NCBI GenBank assembly: GCA_013288325.1
Contig: JABDCB010000003.1
Span: 26,015 to 90,014, forward strand
Direction: 5' to 3'
Origin: Bacteroidota bacterium
GTDB lineage: Bacteria > Bacteroidota > Bacteroidia > Palsa-965
DNA length: 64,000 nucleotides
Position 1 is the stretch's first letter; the number at the start of each line of letters is the position of its first letter. A model generated the notes under the pieces. It did no database searches. It had not been told where the DNA came from and saw only the letters and a program-made list of their open reading frames with translations. The translations under genes and the position numbers were made by a program. This document shows, piece by piece, positions 28,001 to 37,314 of this stretch.

Positions 28001-29532
28001 TCCTTTACCACCACGTTGTCATTGTCTACATCAAAACTGACCAGGCCGTAAAATGAAAATTTGAGCATTTCAATCCGGAGATCCTGAGGGTTTTGTTTCA
28101 TATAAGCAGCCAGCTGCATAATGGTAAAATCCCGTTTGTTGGCATTGCCCTTCACCACAAAATCTCTGATCTGTGGAAGCGGATTGGTAGTGGCTATACC
28201 TTGAAATTTATCCATCACACTCTTCTTAAAATAAGTCTTGGATCGGAAGGTAGCTTCAGCAGTGCTGCTTCCCGGAACAGCACGAATCTCAAGACGTGGT
28301 TCTTCTGTTTTCCAGGTCAGCTGTTCAAACCACATATCAACATTATGGAAAGAGTCGGTAAATGGCGATTGGGAAGCTCCTTCATCACTGCGATACAGTG
28401 TTACCGCCTTTTCTTTGATAATGTATTTAAAATCGACAGAAGGGTGACAAATGGTATCATTATCCAGGTATATGGTAATGGAAGCATTCGGAGCCAATAG
28501 CTTATCATTTGTAATAACGAAACCGGTAGATTTTGCAATAAGAAATTTCTTGTCTTTCCGTTTAAAGGTAACCGATGCCTGACTTTCTTTGGTACCGGAG
28601 CCCAGGAAACGGCTTCCGGCCTGAGAAAATCCTCCGTCAAAATCCACATTTTCAAACAAGTTCTTTATGGAATAGCGGGAGCTGTATGAATCAAACCGGG
28701 GAAATGCCGCATTTTTTTCGGTGGCATCAAATACGATTTTTTCTGTCAGTTTACCAAGCAGAGGTTTGCCTTTAAAATAGATCTGATTATAGAAGGTAAC
28801 AGAGTCTGCTATGTAAACAGGATTTTTGAGGACAATCGAATATTTCTTAATATCAGCATATACTTGATTTTCATCAAGTCCGCATCGTTTCCAATTGACT
28901 CGTCCTCCCATACCTACCCACTTACCCTGGCTGGGGAAATAGGTTCCGGAGGTATTGTATATAACCGTGCTGTCGCCTTTGGAATAGCCATGCAGGTTTA
29001 GCGTTTTAAAAACGATACGGGGTACACTATCGCAAAAAAGCTGATAGTCGTTCGTTTCCGATTTCCATTCGGCAGTGGATGATTTAAAAAAGGTATTGGT
29101 ACTGAACAGATTCTCACTCATGGAAATAAAATCCACGAATGGCTTGGTTACTTTTCCGTTGACCAGTTTGTTCAGACAACTTTCCCATTCCGTAAAATTC
29201 TTTTCCGGCTGATTGCTGTTTACAAATGCCATGACAGCATTCATGAAACTTCTGAATTCAGGGGTATGCAAACGTTTTTTGAGCATTCCGTTGCACAAGC
29301 CGTACATAAACACTTTTTTATTCCCGTCTATTTTGGATTCCCAAACCGGCAGGAATTGTTTGTTTACATATTCCTTACCATCTTTCCCTTCAGCGCTTTC
29401 AAAGAAATCAACCAACTCTTTGATAAATACGACAGGATCTTCGGTGAAATTTTTTATTTGGCTTTGCCCGATACTTTTCAAAGCCGGGAGTAACAAAATG
29501 ACAATTACAAGGAAGTGTTTTCGAAAATACAT
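25048..29532 (-). CDS. Very large conserved hypothetical exported protein (about 1494 aa from the second Met)
   Basis: The signal-like hydrophobic stretch MYFRKHFLVIVILLLPALKSIGQ starts at the second Met (29532). The upstream Met at 29583 would overlap prmA. No recognisable catalytic motifs. Possibly an AsmA/TamB-like beta-rich envelope protein; this is a guess. Confidence 0.7.
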   Translation of the reverse strand: MYFRKHFLVIVILLLPALKSIGQSQIKNFTEDPVVFIKELVDFFESAEGKDGKEYVNKQFLPVWESKIDGNKKVFMYGLCNGMLKKRLHTPEFRSFMNAVMAFVNSNQPEKNFTEWESCLNKLVNGKVTKPFVDFISMSENLFSTNTFFKSSTAEWKSETNDYQLFCDSVPRIVFKTLNLHGYSKGDSTVIYNTSGTYFPSQGKWVGMGGRVNWKRCGLDENQVYADIKKYSIVLKNPVYIADSVTFYNQIYFKGKPLLGKLTEKIVFDATEKNAAFPRFDSYSSRYSIKNLFENVDFDGGFSQAGSRFLGSGTKESQASVTFKRKDKKFLIAKSTGFVITNDKLLAPNASITIYLDNDTICHPSVDFKYIIKEKAVTLYRSDEGASQSPFTDSFHNVDMWFEQLTWKTEEPRLEIRAVPGSSTAEATFRSKTYFKKSVMDKFQGIATTNPLPQIRDFVVKGNANKRDFTIMQLAAYMKQNPQDLRIEMLKFSFYGLVSFDVDNDNVVVKDKLFNYISNNMNRLDYDIIEFYSNVPSSTINASINLLNYDMTIHGVSEILMSDSQNVVIYPKNREIVLKKNRNYNFAGRVKAGKFEFFGKEFSFDYDQFKVNLNNVDSLRMTVDSKDLDPFGKAVQVPCKTVVEDINGDLLIDHPGNKSGIFSANLAQYPIFNSKKESFAYYDKKSIQKGVYGRDKFYFKLEPFSIDSLDNFSNAGLNFKGQLSSAGIFPDFKETLVLQADYSLGFERAAPPGGFPMYGGKGKFNDKIKLSNEGLRGDGTIEYVTSVTTSKDFHFYPDSTNTLATSYVVKEVKGGKNEFPAVTSSKIYMHWMPHKDVMQTYDRDSTFNMYNGQTRFHGRLDLTPQMLTGDGKIDFGNAEMNAPLMKFKQNKFDSDTANFALKSEGFKELSFATDNVKAHIDFDSRTGDFASNGKGSIVKFPINQYICYMDNFKWFMDKETIDINSGNKKPNPKVTDIAADLDLQGPEFISVHPKQDSLRFVAPSAKYDLRKHVIAAKEVVYINVADARIFPDSGNVTIEKEAYIRPLTNARILANTVTKHHKMYNANINIFARKSYSGSASYDYIDETKAKQTLYFSNVQVDTTAQTYAETTVPESAKFTLSPRFDFNGKVKLLASESFLIFDGVTRIQHSCDMVNKTWFQFKAQIDPNAIMIPISADPVDQNGKPIAVGVMSTTDSTHVYSAFVSRRKNKNDVEVLTADGFLIFDKNTGEYKVSNKEKLIERNLPGNFVSLHVNTCVLKGEGKMNLGADLGMVTITPVGTATHYLVPDSTAFDLMISTDFFFDDGLMDKIADAITAKTDLPSTDFSRPVYEKGLRELIGKEKADKAISDVNLYGKIKKFPDELKTTFLFTDVKMRWNQKTRSFVSSGKIGVGNINKNQLNKLLDGKIALERKKTGDVLHIYLQIEDGKWFYFEYNANSHIMNAISSDDTWNAVIKNLKSDKRETKGDKGSYRFILGQPQTPKLWLKKVNAGEN

Positions 29533-29563
29533 AAGGTGAGGTCTAAGTAGCGTATACCCTTCT

Positions 29564-30394
29564 TCAGCTTTTACTGAATTCAAGAAGAGCCCATTCGTTT
29601 TTTATCATACGGCTTTTTTCTTTCAACCCATTCTCCTTACCTGCATCAAGAAGCAAAGGAATGTCTGTTTCAAAAAATCCGCTCAGCAATAAAGTACCTT
29701 CCGGAGTGAGGCAAGCGGAGTATGTATTCATATCTGCCAGCAGCACATTGCGGTTGATATTAGCGAAAATAACATGAAATATATTCCCAACCAACAAGGA
29801 GGCTTCTCCTTTATGAACAACTATGTCCAAACACTTGTTAAGTGCCATATTTTCTCTTGTGTTTTCACAAGCCATCTCCAGATTATCTACCGCCCAAACC
29901 TCTGTAGCACCCTGCTGGGCAGCCAATATAGCCAGCACCCCTGTTCCACATCCCATATCCAACACCTTTTTCCCCCGGAGCGGAAGTGTTAATAATTTTT
30001 CGACCATCAGAGAGGTCGTTTCATGATGTCCGGTGCCAAATGACATGCGGGGCATAATAATTATTTCCCTGTCAAAAGAGGCATCTGCAGGATGAAAAGG
30101 AGCCCGGATACGGCATCCTCCGCTAACTACCGGTTCAAATCCTTTCTCCCATTCTTCATTCCAGTTTTTAGGTGCAATTTGCTGTACGCTGAAACTGATC
30201 TGGTATTGCGAATCTTTTAAAACCGAAATCGTATCGAAAAGGCTTTCATCATAAGCCTCTGCTGTTATCCAGGCCTTGCAACCGGCAGGTGTTTCTTCAA
30301 AACTTTCAAAGCCTATATCGGCCAAAGCAGAAATAAGCAGATCTGTTCCGGGAATAGCTGGGGTCACAGAAAAATCAAATTCGAGATAATGCAC
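29564..30394 (-). CDS. prmA: Ribosomal protein L11 methyltransferase
   Basis: 276 aa. VLDMGCGTGVLAILAAQQGA SAM-binding motif, PrmA N-terminal domain. Confidence 0.85.
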   Translation of the reverse strand: MHYLEFDFSVTPAIPGTDLLISALADIGFESFEETPAGCKAWITAEAYDESLFDTISVLKDSQYQISFSVQQIAPKNWNEEWEKGFEPVVSGGCRIRAPFHPADASFDREIIIMPRMSFGTGHHETTSLMVEKLLTLPLRGKKVLDMGCGTGVLAILAAQQGATEVWAVDNLEMACENTRENMALNKCLDIVVHKGEASLLVGNIFHVIFANINRNVLLADMNTYSACLTPEGTLLLSGFFETDIPLLLDAGKENGLKEKSRMIKNEWALLEFSKS

Positions 30395-30464
30395 GGGGAA
30401 TTATGATTTAAGAATTAAGATTTATGATTTAGGGGCTATAATCTTAAACGGGAGAGCAGTAAGA

Positions 30465-31235
30465 TTATTTCATGGCGGCTTTGATGATGCTCACAAAATC
30501 AGCAGCATTCAAGGATGCTCCTCCAATGAGGCCACCATCTACATCGGGGCAGGCAAAGAGTTCTGCAGCATTGGATGGGTTGCAACTTCCTCCATACAAT
30601 ACCATCAGTTGGTTTGCAAAAGCATCATCCGTCTTTTGTTTTATGGTTTGACGGATAAAGACATGCATTTCCTGAGCCTGGGCTGCACTGGCTGTTAAGC
30701 CGGTACCAATGGCCCATACCGGTTCGTAGGCCACAATCAGATGCTGCAAATCAGCCGGGCTGCAGTTTTCCAAAGCGCTGTTAAGCTGATGAGCCACTGC
30801 ATCAAAATGTCTGTTTTCCTTCCTTTCCTCCAATTTTTCACCCACACAAAGCACGGGATGCAAACCGGCTTCCAGCACCATCTTTATTTTTTTGTTGATT
30901 TCTTCCTCTTTTTCGCCAAACAGCATACGACGTTCGGAATGACCAATGATAACATAACGAGCTCCGGTACTCCGGATCATCTCTACCGACACTTCACCGG
31001 TAAATGCTCCGCTACGCGCAGCATGACAATATTGAGCCGCCACTGCCAGCTGAGAATTTGCTCTCAGTGTCTGACTTACAGGATATAAAAAAGGAAATGC
31101 AGGAGCCAGCACAACCGCAGGTAAACGATCGGCAGACAATGTTTCTACTGCTTGACGAATATCATCTGCCAGAAGAATGGATTCATGAAGATTCTTATTC
31201 ATCTTCCAATTGCCGGCAACCATCTTTTTTCTCAT
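30465..31235 (-). CDS. tpiA: Triosephosphate isomerase
   Basis: 256 aa. MVAGNWKMN, IGHSERR, AYEPVWAIGTG motifs. Confidence 0.92.
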   Translation of the reverse strand: MRKKMVAGNWKMNKNLHESILLADDIRQAVETLSADRLPAVVLAPAFPFLYPVSQTLRANSQLAVAAQYCHAARSGAFTGEVSVEMIRSTGARYVIIGHSERRMLFGEKEEEINKKIKMVLEAGLHPVLCVGEKLEERKENRHFDAVAHQLNSALENCSPADLQHLIVAYEPVWAIGTGLTASAAQAQEMHVFIRQTIKQKTDDAFANQLMVLYGGSCNPSNAAELFACPDVDGGLIGGASLNAADFVSIIKAAMK

Positions 31236-31244
31236 CTCATCAAA

Positions 31245-32324
31245 TTATTGTACCCTGACCCTTGGATCCAGCAATCCGTAAACGATATCGACAATAACAT
31301 TCATGACGATAAAAATTGTGGCAAAAACCAGGGTGCTTCCCATCACTACCGGCAAATCATAGTTATTAAGCGCTTCTACAACCACATTACCGATTCCTTT
31401 CCAGTCAAACACATTTTCAACCAGTACAGCACCGGCCATCAACCCTGCAAGCCATCCCGAAATAGAAGTAATTACAGGATTGAGCGCATTTTTAAGCGCA
31501 TGTTTGAAAATAACCTTATAATAACTCAATCCTTTGGCCTTAGCGGTACGGATATAATCGTGCGACATGACTTCGAGCAATGAACTGCGGGTAAGCTGCA
31601 GAATGATAGCCCATGGACGCATACCCAGGGTGATAGCCGGAAGAATCAGATTTTTAAGCTGAAGCACTTCCTTGCCCGTATATTCATCCACCATATAAAG
31701 ACTTCCAACCACTTTTAGTCCCGTATAATCACTGAGCAGAAAACCGAATACAAGCATTAATAATAGTCCCACAAAAAAAGAAGGGCCCGACATTCCGATA
31801 ATGGCCACCACAAAGGATATCCGGTCAAACCAGCTGTTCTTTCTGATGGCAGCAATAATGCCCAGACCAATACCTAAAATAGAAGCTATCAGGATGGATG
31901 CAAAAGCCAGAACAAATGTTTCCGGTAATGTTTCCAAAATAAGCTCTGTTACCTTTCGTTTTGTCTGATAGGATCGGCGCAGGTATGGAGCCTTAAATAC
32001 CAGGGCGTGATGAGATCCTAAATTCACTTTCCAGGGATGCCCGTATTTGGATGAATCCAGGTAAATGGCACTGGTTGTAGTCTTTGTGTCATGCCAGGAA
32101 ATAGGCGACAAATCATTCAGGTACATAAAATACTGGGTGGTGAGAGGCTTATCGCGACCCAGATCTTTATTGATAGCGGCAATAGAAAGAGAGTCGGCGT
32201 GTTGCCCAAGCATCATACGCGCAGGGTCACCGGGAAGCACATTAAAAAGCAGGAAGATAACCGTTATCACCCCCAGCATAACCAACACACCGTATAAAAA
32301 CCGCTTTGTTATAAATCTGATCAC
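31245..32324 (-). CDS. ABC transporter permease (DppB/OppB family), lone
   Basis: 359 aa. N-terminal FLxGVLVMLGVITVIFLLFNVLPGDP and EAA-like loop YIRTAKAKGL. Confidence 0.85.
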   Translation of the reverse strand: MIRFITKRFLYGVLVMLGVITVIFLLFNVLPGDPARMMLGQHADSLSIAAINKDLGRDKPLTTQYFMYLNDLSPISWHDTKTTTSAIYLDSSKYGHPWKVNLGSHHALVFKAPYLRRSYQTKRKVTELILETLPETFVLAFASILIASILGIGLGIIAAIRKNSWFDRISFVVAIIGMSGPSFFVGLLLMLVFGFLLSDYTGLKVVGSLYMVDEYTGKEVLQLKNLILPAITLGMRPWAIILQLTRSSLLEVMSHDYIRTAKAKGLSYYKVIFKHALKNALNPVITSISGWLAGLMAGAVLVENVFDWKGIGNVVVEALNNYDLPVVMGSTLVFATIFIVMNVIVDIVYGLLDPRVRVQ

Positions 32325-32344
32325 CGGCCCTGAATATTATAAAC

Positions 32345-33685
32345 CTATTTTTCTTTCACATTAAAATACATGGTTTTCACATCATTGTATGATGGAAAAG
32401 AATGATAAGGCCAGTTGGCCACCACCTGACAGCCTTTCATTAACAAAAGACCCGGATTGGAACGTATCATGGTTTTAAGCACTGTCTGATCACTGTTCAG
32501 ATAAGGATACATGGCTTGTACATCGTGCCGGAAATCCCTGATCTGTTCATGCGAGGCACTGGTTAAACCATAAAATTTTCGTTTGTCTTTATCACACAAA
32601 CCCACAAAATCATTAATCCGGCCCTGTACCTTCCGGTTTGATTCACTAAGATCGTTAGCTACCAGTAGAAAATAATAATCCGGATTTTTCAGGATAGAAT
32701 CTGTCAGGTCATCTCCGTTTTCGGAGTCTGTAATTTTAAAATCCGTAATCTTAGGTTCGTCAACAGCAGCATGCATCAGCCTGGGAGGTTGAGCTGTATC
32801 ATATAACCAGGTAATGGAATCTCTCCAGGGGAGTTTATCAGGAGGAAAAGATTGCAGATCCCCTGTTTTTTTGTTCTTGTACCAGTATTCATATACAGCC
32901 TGCTTATAATTAGGTCCTGGTTTCATCTCTTCGCAAATATTTTTTCCGGGCTTATAGGGTCTGAAATCCAGGGGGGGCAAATAATACCAGGCATACAAAG
33001 GGAACGCAATGGAACCCAGAATAATCACGGTGGTAAGAAGACCGGAAAGAAGGGTTCCGAACATGGGTTTAATATTTCCTACCCCTACCCATAGAATGGT
33101 GATAAAAATAAGAAGCACGAGATCTTTTCCAAAACTCTCCCAGGGGGTGAGCTGGATAAAATCACCGAAACAGCCGCAATGGGTTACCTTATTAAAGCAG
33201 GCCGAATAAAACGTAAGAAAAGTGAAGAATACAATCTGAGCAAGCAGCAACCATAAAGTAAGCCGGATACGAAACCCGATAAGCAATAAAAAGCCCAGCG
33301 CCATTTCGGACAGACAAACCAGGATAGCCAGAAACAGGGACCAGCCTTTCAGAAAATGGAAAAAGGAAACCAGGAAATGATAACGGGAGGCATCATCGGC
33401 AAAAACATCAAAATATTCTTCCAGCTTATAGGAGAATCCGCTGGGATCGTTTGACTTGATAAAGCCGGAGAAAATAAATAAAGCTCCTACCAATATCCGG
33501 GAACCTTGGGTAAGCCAGTTGATTTGAGAGAAAAATGCAGAACCGTTGATCAGGACCAGAAGCAATACCAGTACCCCGGCAAGAATAGCATGATTAAGAC
33601 AAGGAGGGCAAGCCCAATATAACCATACAGCCACCCCGGCTGATAAAACAAAACGCACGATCTTATTTGCAAAAAATTGCTGCAT
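32345..33685 (-). CDS. DoxX-family membrane protein with long C-terminal extension
   Basis: 446 aa. N-terminal DoxX signature RILVGALFIFSGFIKSNDP, multiple TM helices, unique about 200-aa C-terminal domain. Confidence 0.6.
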   Translation of the reverse strand: MQQFFANKIVRFVLSAGVAVWLYWACPPCLNHAILAGVLVLLLVLINGSAFFSQINWLTQGSRILVGALFIFSGFIKSNDPSGFSYKLEEYFDVFADDASRYHFLVSFFHFLKGWSLFLAILVCLSEMALGFLLLIGFRIRLTLWLLLAQIVFFTFLTFYSACFNKVTHCGCFGDFIQLTPWESFGKDLVLLIFITILWVGVGNIKPMFGTLLSGLLTTVIILGSIAFPLYAWYYLPPLDFRPYKPGKNICEEMKPGPNYKQAVYEYWYKNKKTGDLQSFPPDKLPWRDSITWLYDTAQPPRLMHAAVDEPKITDFKITDSENGDDLTDSILKNPDYYFLLVANDLSESNRKVQGRINDFVGLCDKDKRKFYGLTSASHEQIRDFRHDVQAMYPYLNSDQTVLKTMIRSNPGLLLMKGCQVVANWPYHSFPSYNDVKTMYFNVKEK

Positions 33686-33693
33686 ATAGCGGT

Positions 33694-34230
33694 TTATTCT
33701 CCAAGGCGGATGAGTGCAAAAATAGCATAATTAATCATGTCGTAATAATTAGCATCTATGCCTTCCGAGATCAGGGTGCTTCCTTTATTATCTTCTATCT
33801 GCTTAACTCTCAGCAGCTTCATCAAAATAAGATCCGTCAGCGAACTCACCCTCATTTCTCTCCAGGCTTCATTGTAATCATGATTCTTGTTCTCCATCAA
33901 ATCCTTTGCCGAAAATATGTATTTATCAAAAAGACGGGTGGCTTCATCCAGAGTTAACTCCATGCGAGGGTCATTTCCGAGACCCAACTGTATAAGTCCG
34001 ATGATCGCATAATTCACTATTCCGATGAATTCGGACTGGATTCCTTCTTCTACTTTTTGTGTACCTTTATCTTCAATGCTACGGATGCGCTGAGCCTTGA
34101 TAAGGATCTGATCGGTTATAGAACTGGTTCTTAATACACGCCAGGCGCTACCGTAATCTTTCATCTTTTTAATGAATATCTCCTTGCAGGATGTAGCGGC
34201 CTGATCAAATTGTTCGGAGGTCTTTGACAT
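33694..34230 (-). CDS. DUF1599 domain protein (two repeats), conserved neighbour of folP in Bacteroidota
   Basis: 178 aa with an internal duplication (KMKDYGSAWRVLRTSSITDQILIKAQRIRSIE / KNHDYNEAWREMRVSSLTDLILMKLLRVKQIE). Confidence 0.7.
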   Translation of the reverse strand: MSKTSEQFDQAATSCKEIFIKKMKDYGSAWRVLRTSSITDQILIKAQRIRSIEDKGTQKVEEGIQSEFIGIVNYAIIGLIQLGLGNDPRMELTLDEATRLFDKYIFSAKDLMENKNHDYNEAWREMRVSSLTDLILMKLLRVKQIEDNKGSTLISEGIDANYYDMINYAIFALIRLGE

Positions 34231-34239
34231 AAATTAAAT

Positions 34240-35136
34240 TTGTCGCCAAGATACGCTTTTTTGAAGCAGAGTATGACTGAAACCAAGCTTTCCCCCCCTA
34301 CCCTTCGTTGCCGGCATGGAAACCTGAATTTGCTCCGTCCGGCTGTAGTGGGCATATTGAATATCACTCCCGACTCTTTTCATGACGGGGGCCTGTATCA
34401 GAACGAAACGGCTGTATTGAAGCGGGTGGAACGCATGCTGGAAGAAGGGGCAGCCATTGTGGATATAGGAGCTGTCTCCTCCCGCCCCGGAGCCGATCAG
34501 GTATCGGTTGAAGAAGAACTAAAGAGGCTGATTCCTGCTATCAAAGCGGTGCGTAAAACTTTTCCCCAAGCTCTTATTTCTACTGACACCTTTGTTGCTT
34601 CTGTGGCTCAGGCTGCATTGGATGCCGGTGCTGACATTATCAACGATATTTACGGAGGAAGTTTAAATGGCGGCCTGACGGAACTTGTTGGCAAAGAAAA
34701 GGTACCGTATATCCTCATGCACATGCAGGGTAATCCGGAAACCATGCAGAAGGCTCCCTTTTATAAGGATGTAACGGCTGAACTGGAAACCTTTTTCAGG
34801 GAACATATCACGCTTCTGATACAACAAGGGGTGGAACAAATCATCCTCGACCCTGGTTTTGGTTTTGGCAAAACGGTGGCTCATAATTATGAACTGCTTA
34901 ACGGACTGAACACCTTCTCCGCACTTGGATATCCTGTCATGGCAGGGCTAAGCCGAAAATCAATGATTAATAAAGTACTGGGAACATCGCAGGAAGATGC
35001 CCTGAACGGAACTACCGCCGTGAATATGATAGCCCTGTTGAAAGGAGCCCTGCTGTTGAGGGTACACGACGTGAAAGCGGCTGTTCAGACGATCCGTATA
35101 TTCGAACAATTAAAAGATCCTTCAAAACCAGTCTGA
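34240..35136 (+). CDS. folP: Dihydropteroate synthase
   Basis: GILNITPDSFHDGG, DIGAVSSRPGA, ILDPGFGFGK motifs. The true start may be internal (MTETK at about 34273). Confidence 0.9.
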   Translation: MSPRYAFLKQSMTETKLSPPTLRCRHGNLNLLRPAVVGILNITPDSFHDGGLYQNETAVLKRVERMLEEGAAIVDIGAVSSRPGADQVSVEEELKRLIPAIKAVRKTFPQALISTDTFVASVAQAALDAGADIINDIYGGSLNGGLTELVGKEKVPYILMHMQGNPETMQKAPFYKDVTAELETFFREHITLLIQQGVEQIILDPGFGFGKTVAHNYELLNGLNTFSALGYPVMAGLSRKSMINKVLGTSQEDALNGTTAVNMIALLKGALLLRVHDVKAAVQTIRIFEQLKDPSKPV

Positions 35137-35141
35137 TATTT

Positions 35142-35603
35142 ATGCAAACCAAACCGGAAGTAAGAACAGAAAACACAACGGATAAAGACCGGGAACTTAT
35201 GTATACCCTGCTTCGGGTGCCTCTCCGTCGTAAGCTGATGATTTATCTTCCAATTTCTTTAGGAAGTATCTGTGCCATCATATTATTCAATCTTTACGAT
35301 GTACGTTTTGATCTGGATGAAACAAAAAGAGGTATCGGGAATATGATTTTTGTGTTGTGCGGAGCCTTTTTTTTACGGCTCAGCATCAGCGATATTATGA
35401 ACTATTATAAGGATCAAGGACATTTTCAGGTAAAAACCGCGCAAGGAACGATACGTAGTGCTTCCGGCAAATCCATTACCATCGGGAATTATGAATTTCA
35501 TTTCCCCTCCCCTCCTGCTGAACCTTTTAAGGAAGGCGATCAGGTAGAACTGAGGGCCTCCTATAAAACAGCATCCATCTTCATGATCCGGAAGTTGTCC
35601 TGA
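35142..35603 (+). CDS. Hypothetical membrane protein
   Basis: 153 aa. Two predicted TM helices. No family recognised. Confidence 0.5.
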   Translation: MQTKPEVRTENTTDKDRELMYTLLRVPLRRKLMIYLPISLGSICAIILFNLYDVRFDLDETKRGIGNMIFVLCGAFFLRLSISDIMNYYKDQGHFQVKTAQGTIRSASGKSITIGNYEFHFPSPPAEPFKEGDQVELRASYKTASIFMIRKLS

Positions 35604-35756
35604 ATAAGCCCTGTACATGAATGGTACTGCTCTTTTAAAAAAGGGTATGCTCTAATATTATTTTAATATTTTACGTATCTTAATGGCATTCTAATAGCTT
35701 TTCTTGTACCTGGCAAAGATTTTGACGTTAAAGGGGTATACTAATTCAACCCCATC

Positions 35757-36128
35757 ATGATAAAAACATCATCTATCCTTCTCACGCTTATTTCGGGCCT
35801 TTCTTTTGAAATGGCGCAGGCGCAAGCTTCTCGTCCTAATCAGACTTCACGTCCCGATAGTACCCAACATGGCTATGCAAACAGTTATCATGCTTATGGT
35901 CGGTGGCATACCTTTTGGCACCCAGGATGCAGAACCAGACATGGGAATAATGTCGGATCAAGTACAGGACGTAACGGTGGCGGTTCTTCCTCCACTGCCT
36001 CCGGTCCCAGACAAACACATTCCATGACCCGATCCGGTAATACGGCCATATCCGGTAGTGGAACATCCACCCGTCAGATGAGCCGGGGAGGCTTTGGTCA
36101 TTCCGGATCTCATGCTGCATCTTCCTAA
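35757..36128 (+). CDS. Small secreted Gly/Ser/Thr/His/Arg-rich protein, DUF1190 (YgiB/YjfM)-like
   Basis: 123 aa. Signal peptide MIKTSSILLTLISGLSFEMAQAQA. C-terminal '...TRQMSRGGFGHSGS' resembles the conserved C-terminal (S/T)RGGFG motif of E. coli YgiB (from memory). Stop is 3 nt before the GspS-like gene. Alternative frames in this GC-rich stretch also give ORFs, so the call is provisional. Confidence 0.5.
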   Translation: MIKTSSILLTLISGLSFEMAQAQASRPNQTSRPDSTQHGYANSYHAYGRWHTFWHPGCRTRHGNNVGSSTGRNGGGSSSTASGPRQTHSMTRSGNTAISGSGTSTRQMSRGGFGHSGSHAASS

Positions 36129-36131
36129 GCC

Positions 36132-37268
36132 ATGAAACGACATGGAATAACACCTCGCACCGATTGGAAAAAGAAGGTGGAAGAACTTGGGCTGGCATAC
36201 CACACCCTGGATGGAGCCATCTACTGGGATGAAAGCGCTTATTATTCCTTTGATTACAAACAGGTGGAATTACTGGAAAACACCAGTAACAAACTGCATC
36301 GCATGTGTCTGAAAGCGGTGGATCATGTGATTAAAGAAAATCTTTTTTCTCTTTTCTGTATTCCCGAAGAGTACATCAAACTCATAAAAACCAGCTGGCA
36401 GCGGGAAACGCCTTCTATCTATGGCCGTTTTGATCTTTCCTGGAATGGGGATTGCAATGTGCCTCCTAAAATGCTTGAATACAATGCCGACACTCCCACT
36501 TCCTTGCTGGAGGCTTCTGTTATTCAATGGTTCTGGTTAAAAGAAGTCCATCCCACGTATGACCAGTTTAATTCCATCCATGAACGCCTTGTATACTGGT
36601 GGAAACAAATTAAACTGTATCTGAAAAAGAAAGAGCTTTATTTTTCCTGTCTGGATCAGTTCCCGGAAGATTTCATGAATCTGACTTATTTGCAGGATTG
36701 TGCTTCTCAGGCGGGATTCAAAACCCATTCCATTGCAGTAGAAAATATTGGCTGGAACGGAAAGGATTTTTGTGATCTGGAAGACAAACCGATTCCTGCC
36801 ATTTTTAAATTGTATCCCTGGGAATGGATGATGCATGAAGATTTTGGCCCTCACCTGCTGACAGCCGAAACATTATGGATAGAGCCGAGCTGGAAAATGA
36901 TTCTGAGCAACAAAGCTATATTACCGATACTGTGGAAGCTTTTTCCCGGACATCCTAACCTGCTGGAATGCTATTCAGATCACCAGCATGGAATGACGGA
37001 CTATGTTAAAAAGCCTATTCTTTCCAGAGAAGGTGCTAATGTAACCCTGGTGGAGCAAGGTAACGTGGTGTTAGAAACTCCGGGAGAATACGGAGAGGAA
37101 GGTTTCATATATCAGCAACTACAAAAACTCCCTTGTGTGGATGATAACTATCCGGTAATCGGTTCGTGGATCATAGGAGGCAAATCGGTTGGAATCGGGA
37201 TACGGGAAAGCCGCACCCCCATTACCGATAATTTCAGCCGTTTTCTTCCTCATGTAGTCATTCCTTAA
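36132..37268 (+). CDS. Glutathionylspermidine synthase-like ATP-grasp amidoligase (YgiC/YjfC family)
   Basis: 378 aa. pre-ATP-grasp region (...FDYKQVELLEN..., EYNADTP), consistent with standalone GspS-like family proteins. Confidence 0.85.
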   Translation: MKRHGITPRTDWKKKVEELGLAYHTLDGAIYWDESAYYSFDYKQVELLENTSNKLHRMCLKAVDHVIKENLFSLFCIPEEYIKLIKTSWQRETPSIYGRFDLSWNGDCNVPPKMLEYNADTPTSLLEASVIQWFWLKEVHPTYDQFNSIHERLVYWWKQIKLYLKKKELYFSCLDQFPEDFMNLTYLQDCASQAGFKTHSIAVENIGWNGKDFCDLEDKPIPAIFKLYPWEWMMHEDFGPHLLTAETLWIEPSWKMILSNKAILPILWKLFPGHPNLLECYSDHQHGMTDYVKKPILSREGANVTLVEQGNVVLETPGEYGEEGFIYQQLQKLPCVDDNYPVIGSWIIGGKSVGIGIRESRTPITDNFSRFLPHVVIP

Positions 37269-37314
37269 CCCCCTTTCTTTTCTATTTTTCCTACCTTGCA
37301 CGTGATAAACGACT

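Noticed and set aside
29533-29583. Upstream start (29583) for the 1511-aa protein
   Set aside because: That start would overlap prmA by 20 nt and place 17 non-hydrophobic residues before the signal-like segment. The second Met at 29532 gives a normal signal peptide.
35806-36198. Alternative ORFs 35806..36027 (+) and 35836..36198 (-) overlapping the DUF1190-like ORF
   Set aside because: This GC-rich stretch is open in several frames. The minus-strand ORF runs into the GspS-like gene start. Only the frame-3 plus-strand ORF has a signal peptide, tight coupling to the downstream gene and the C-terminal RGGFG motif.
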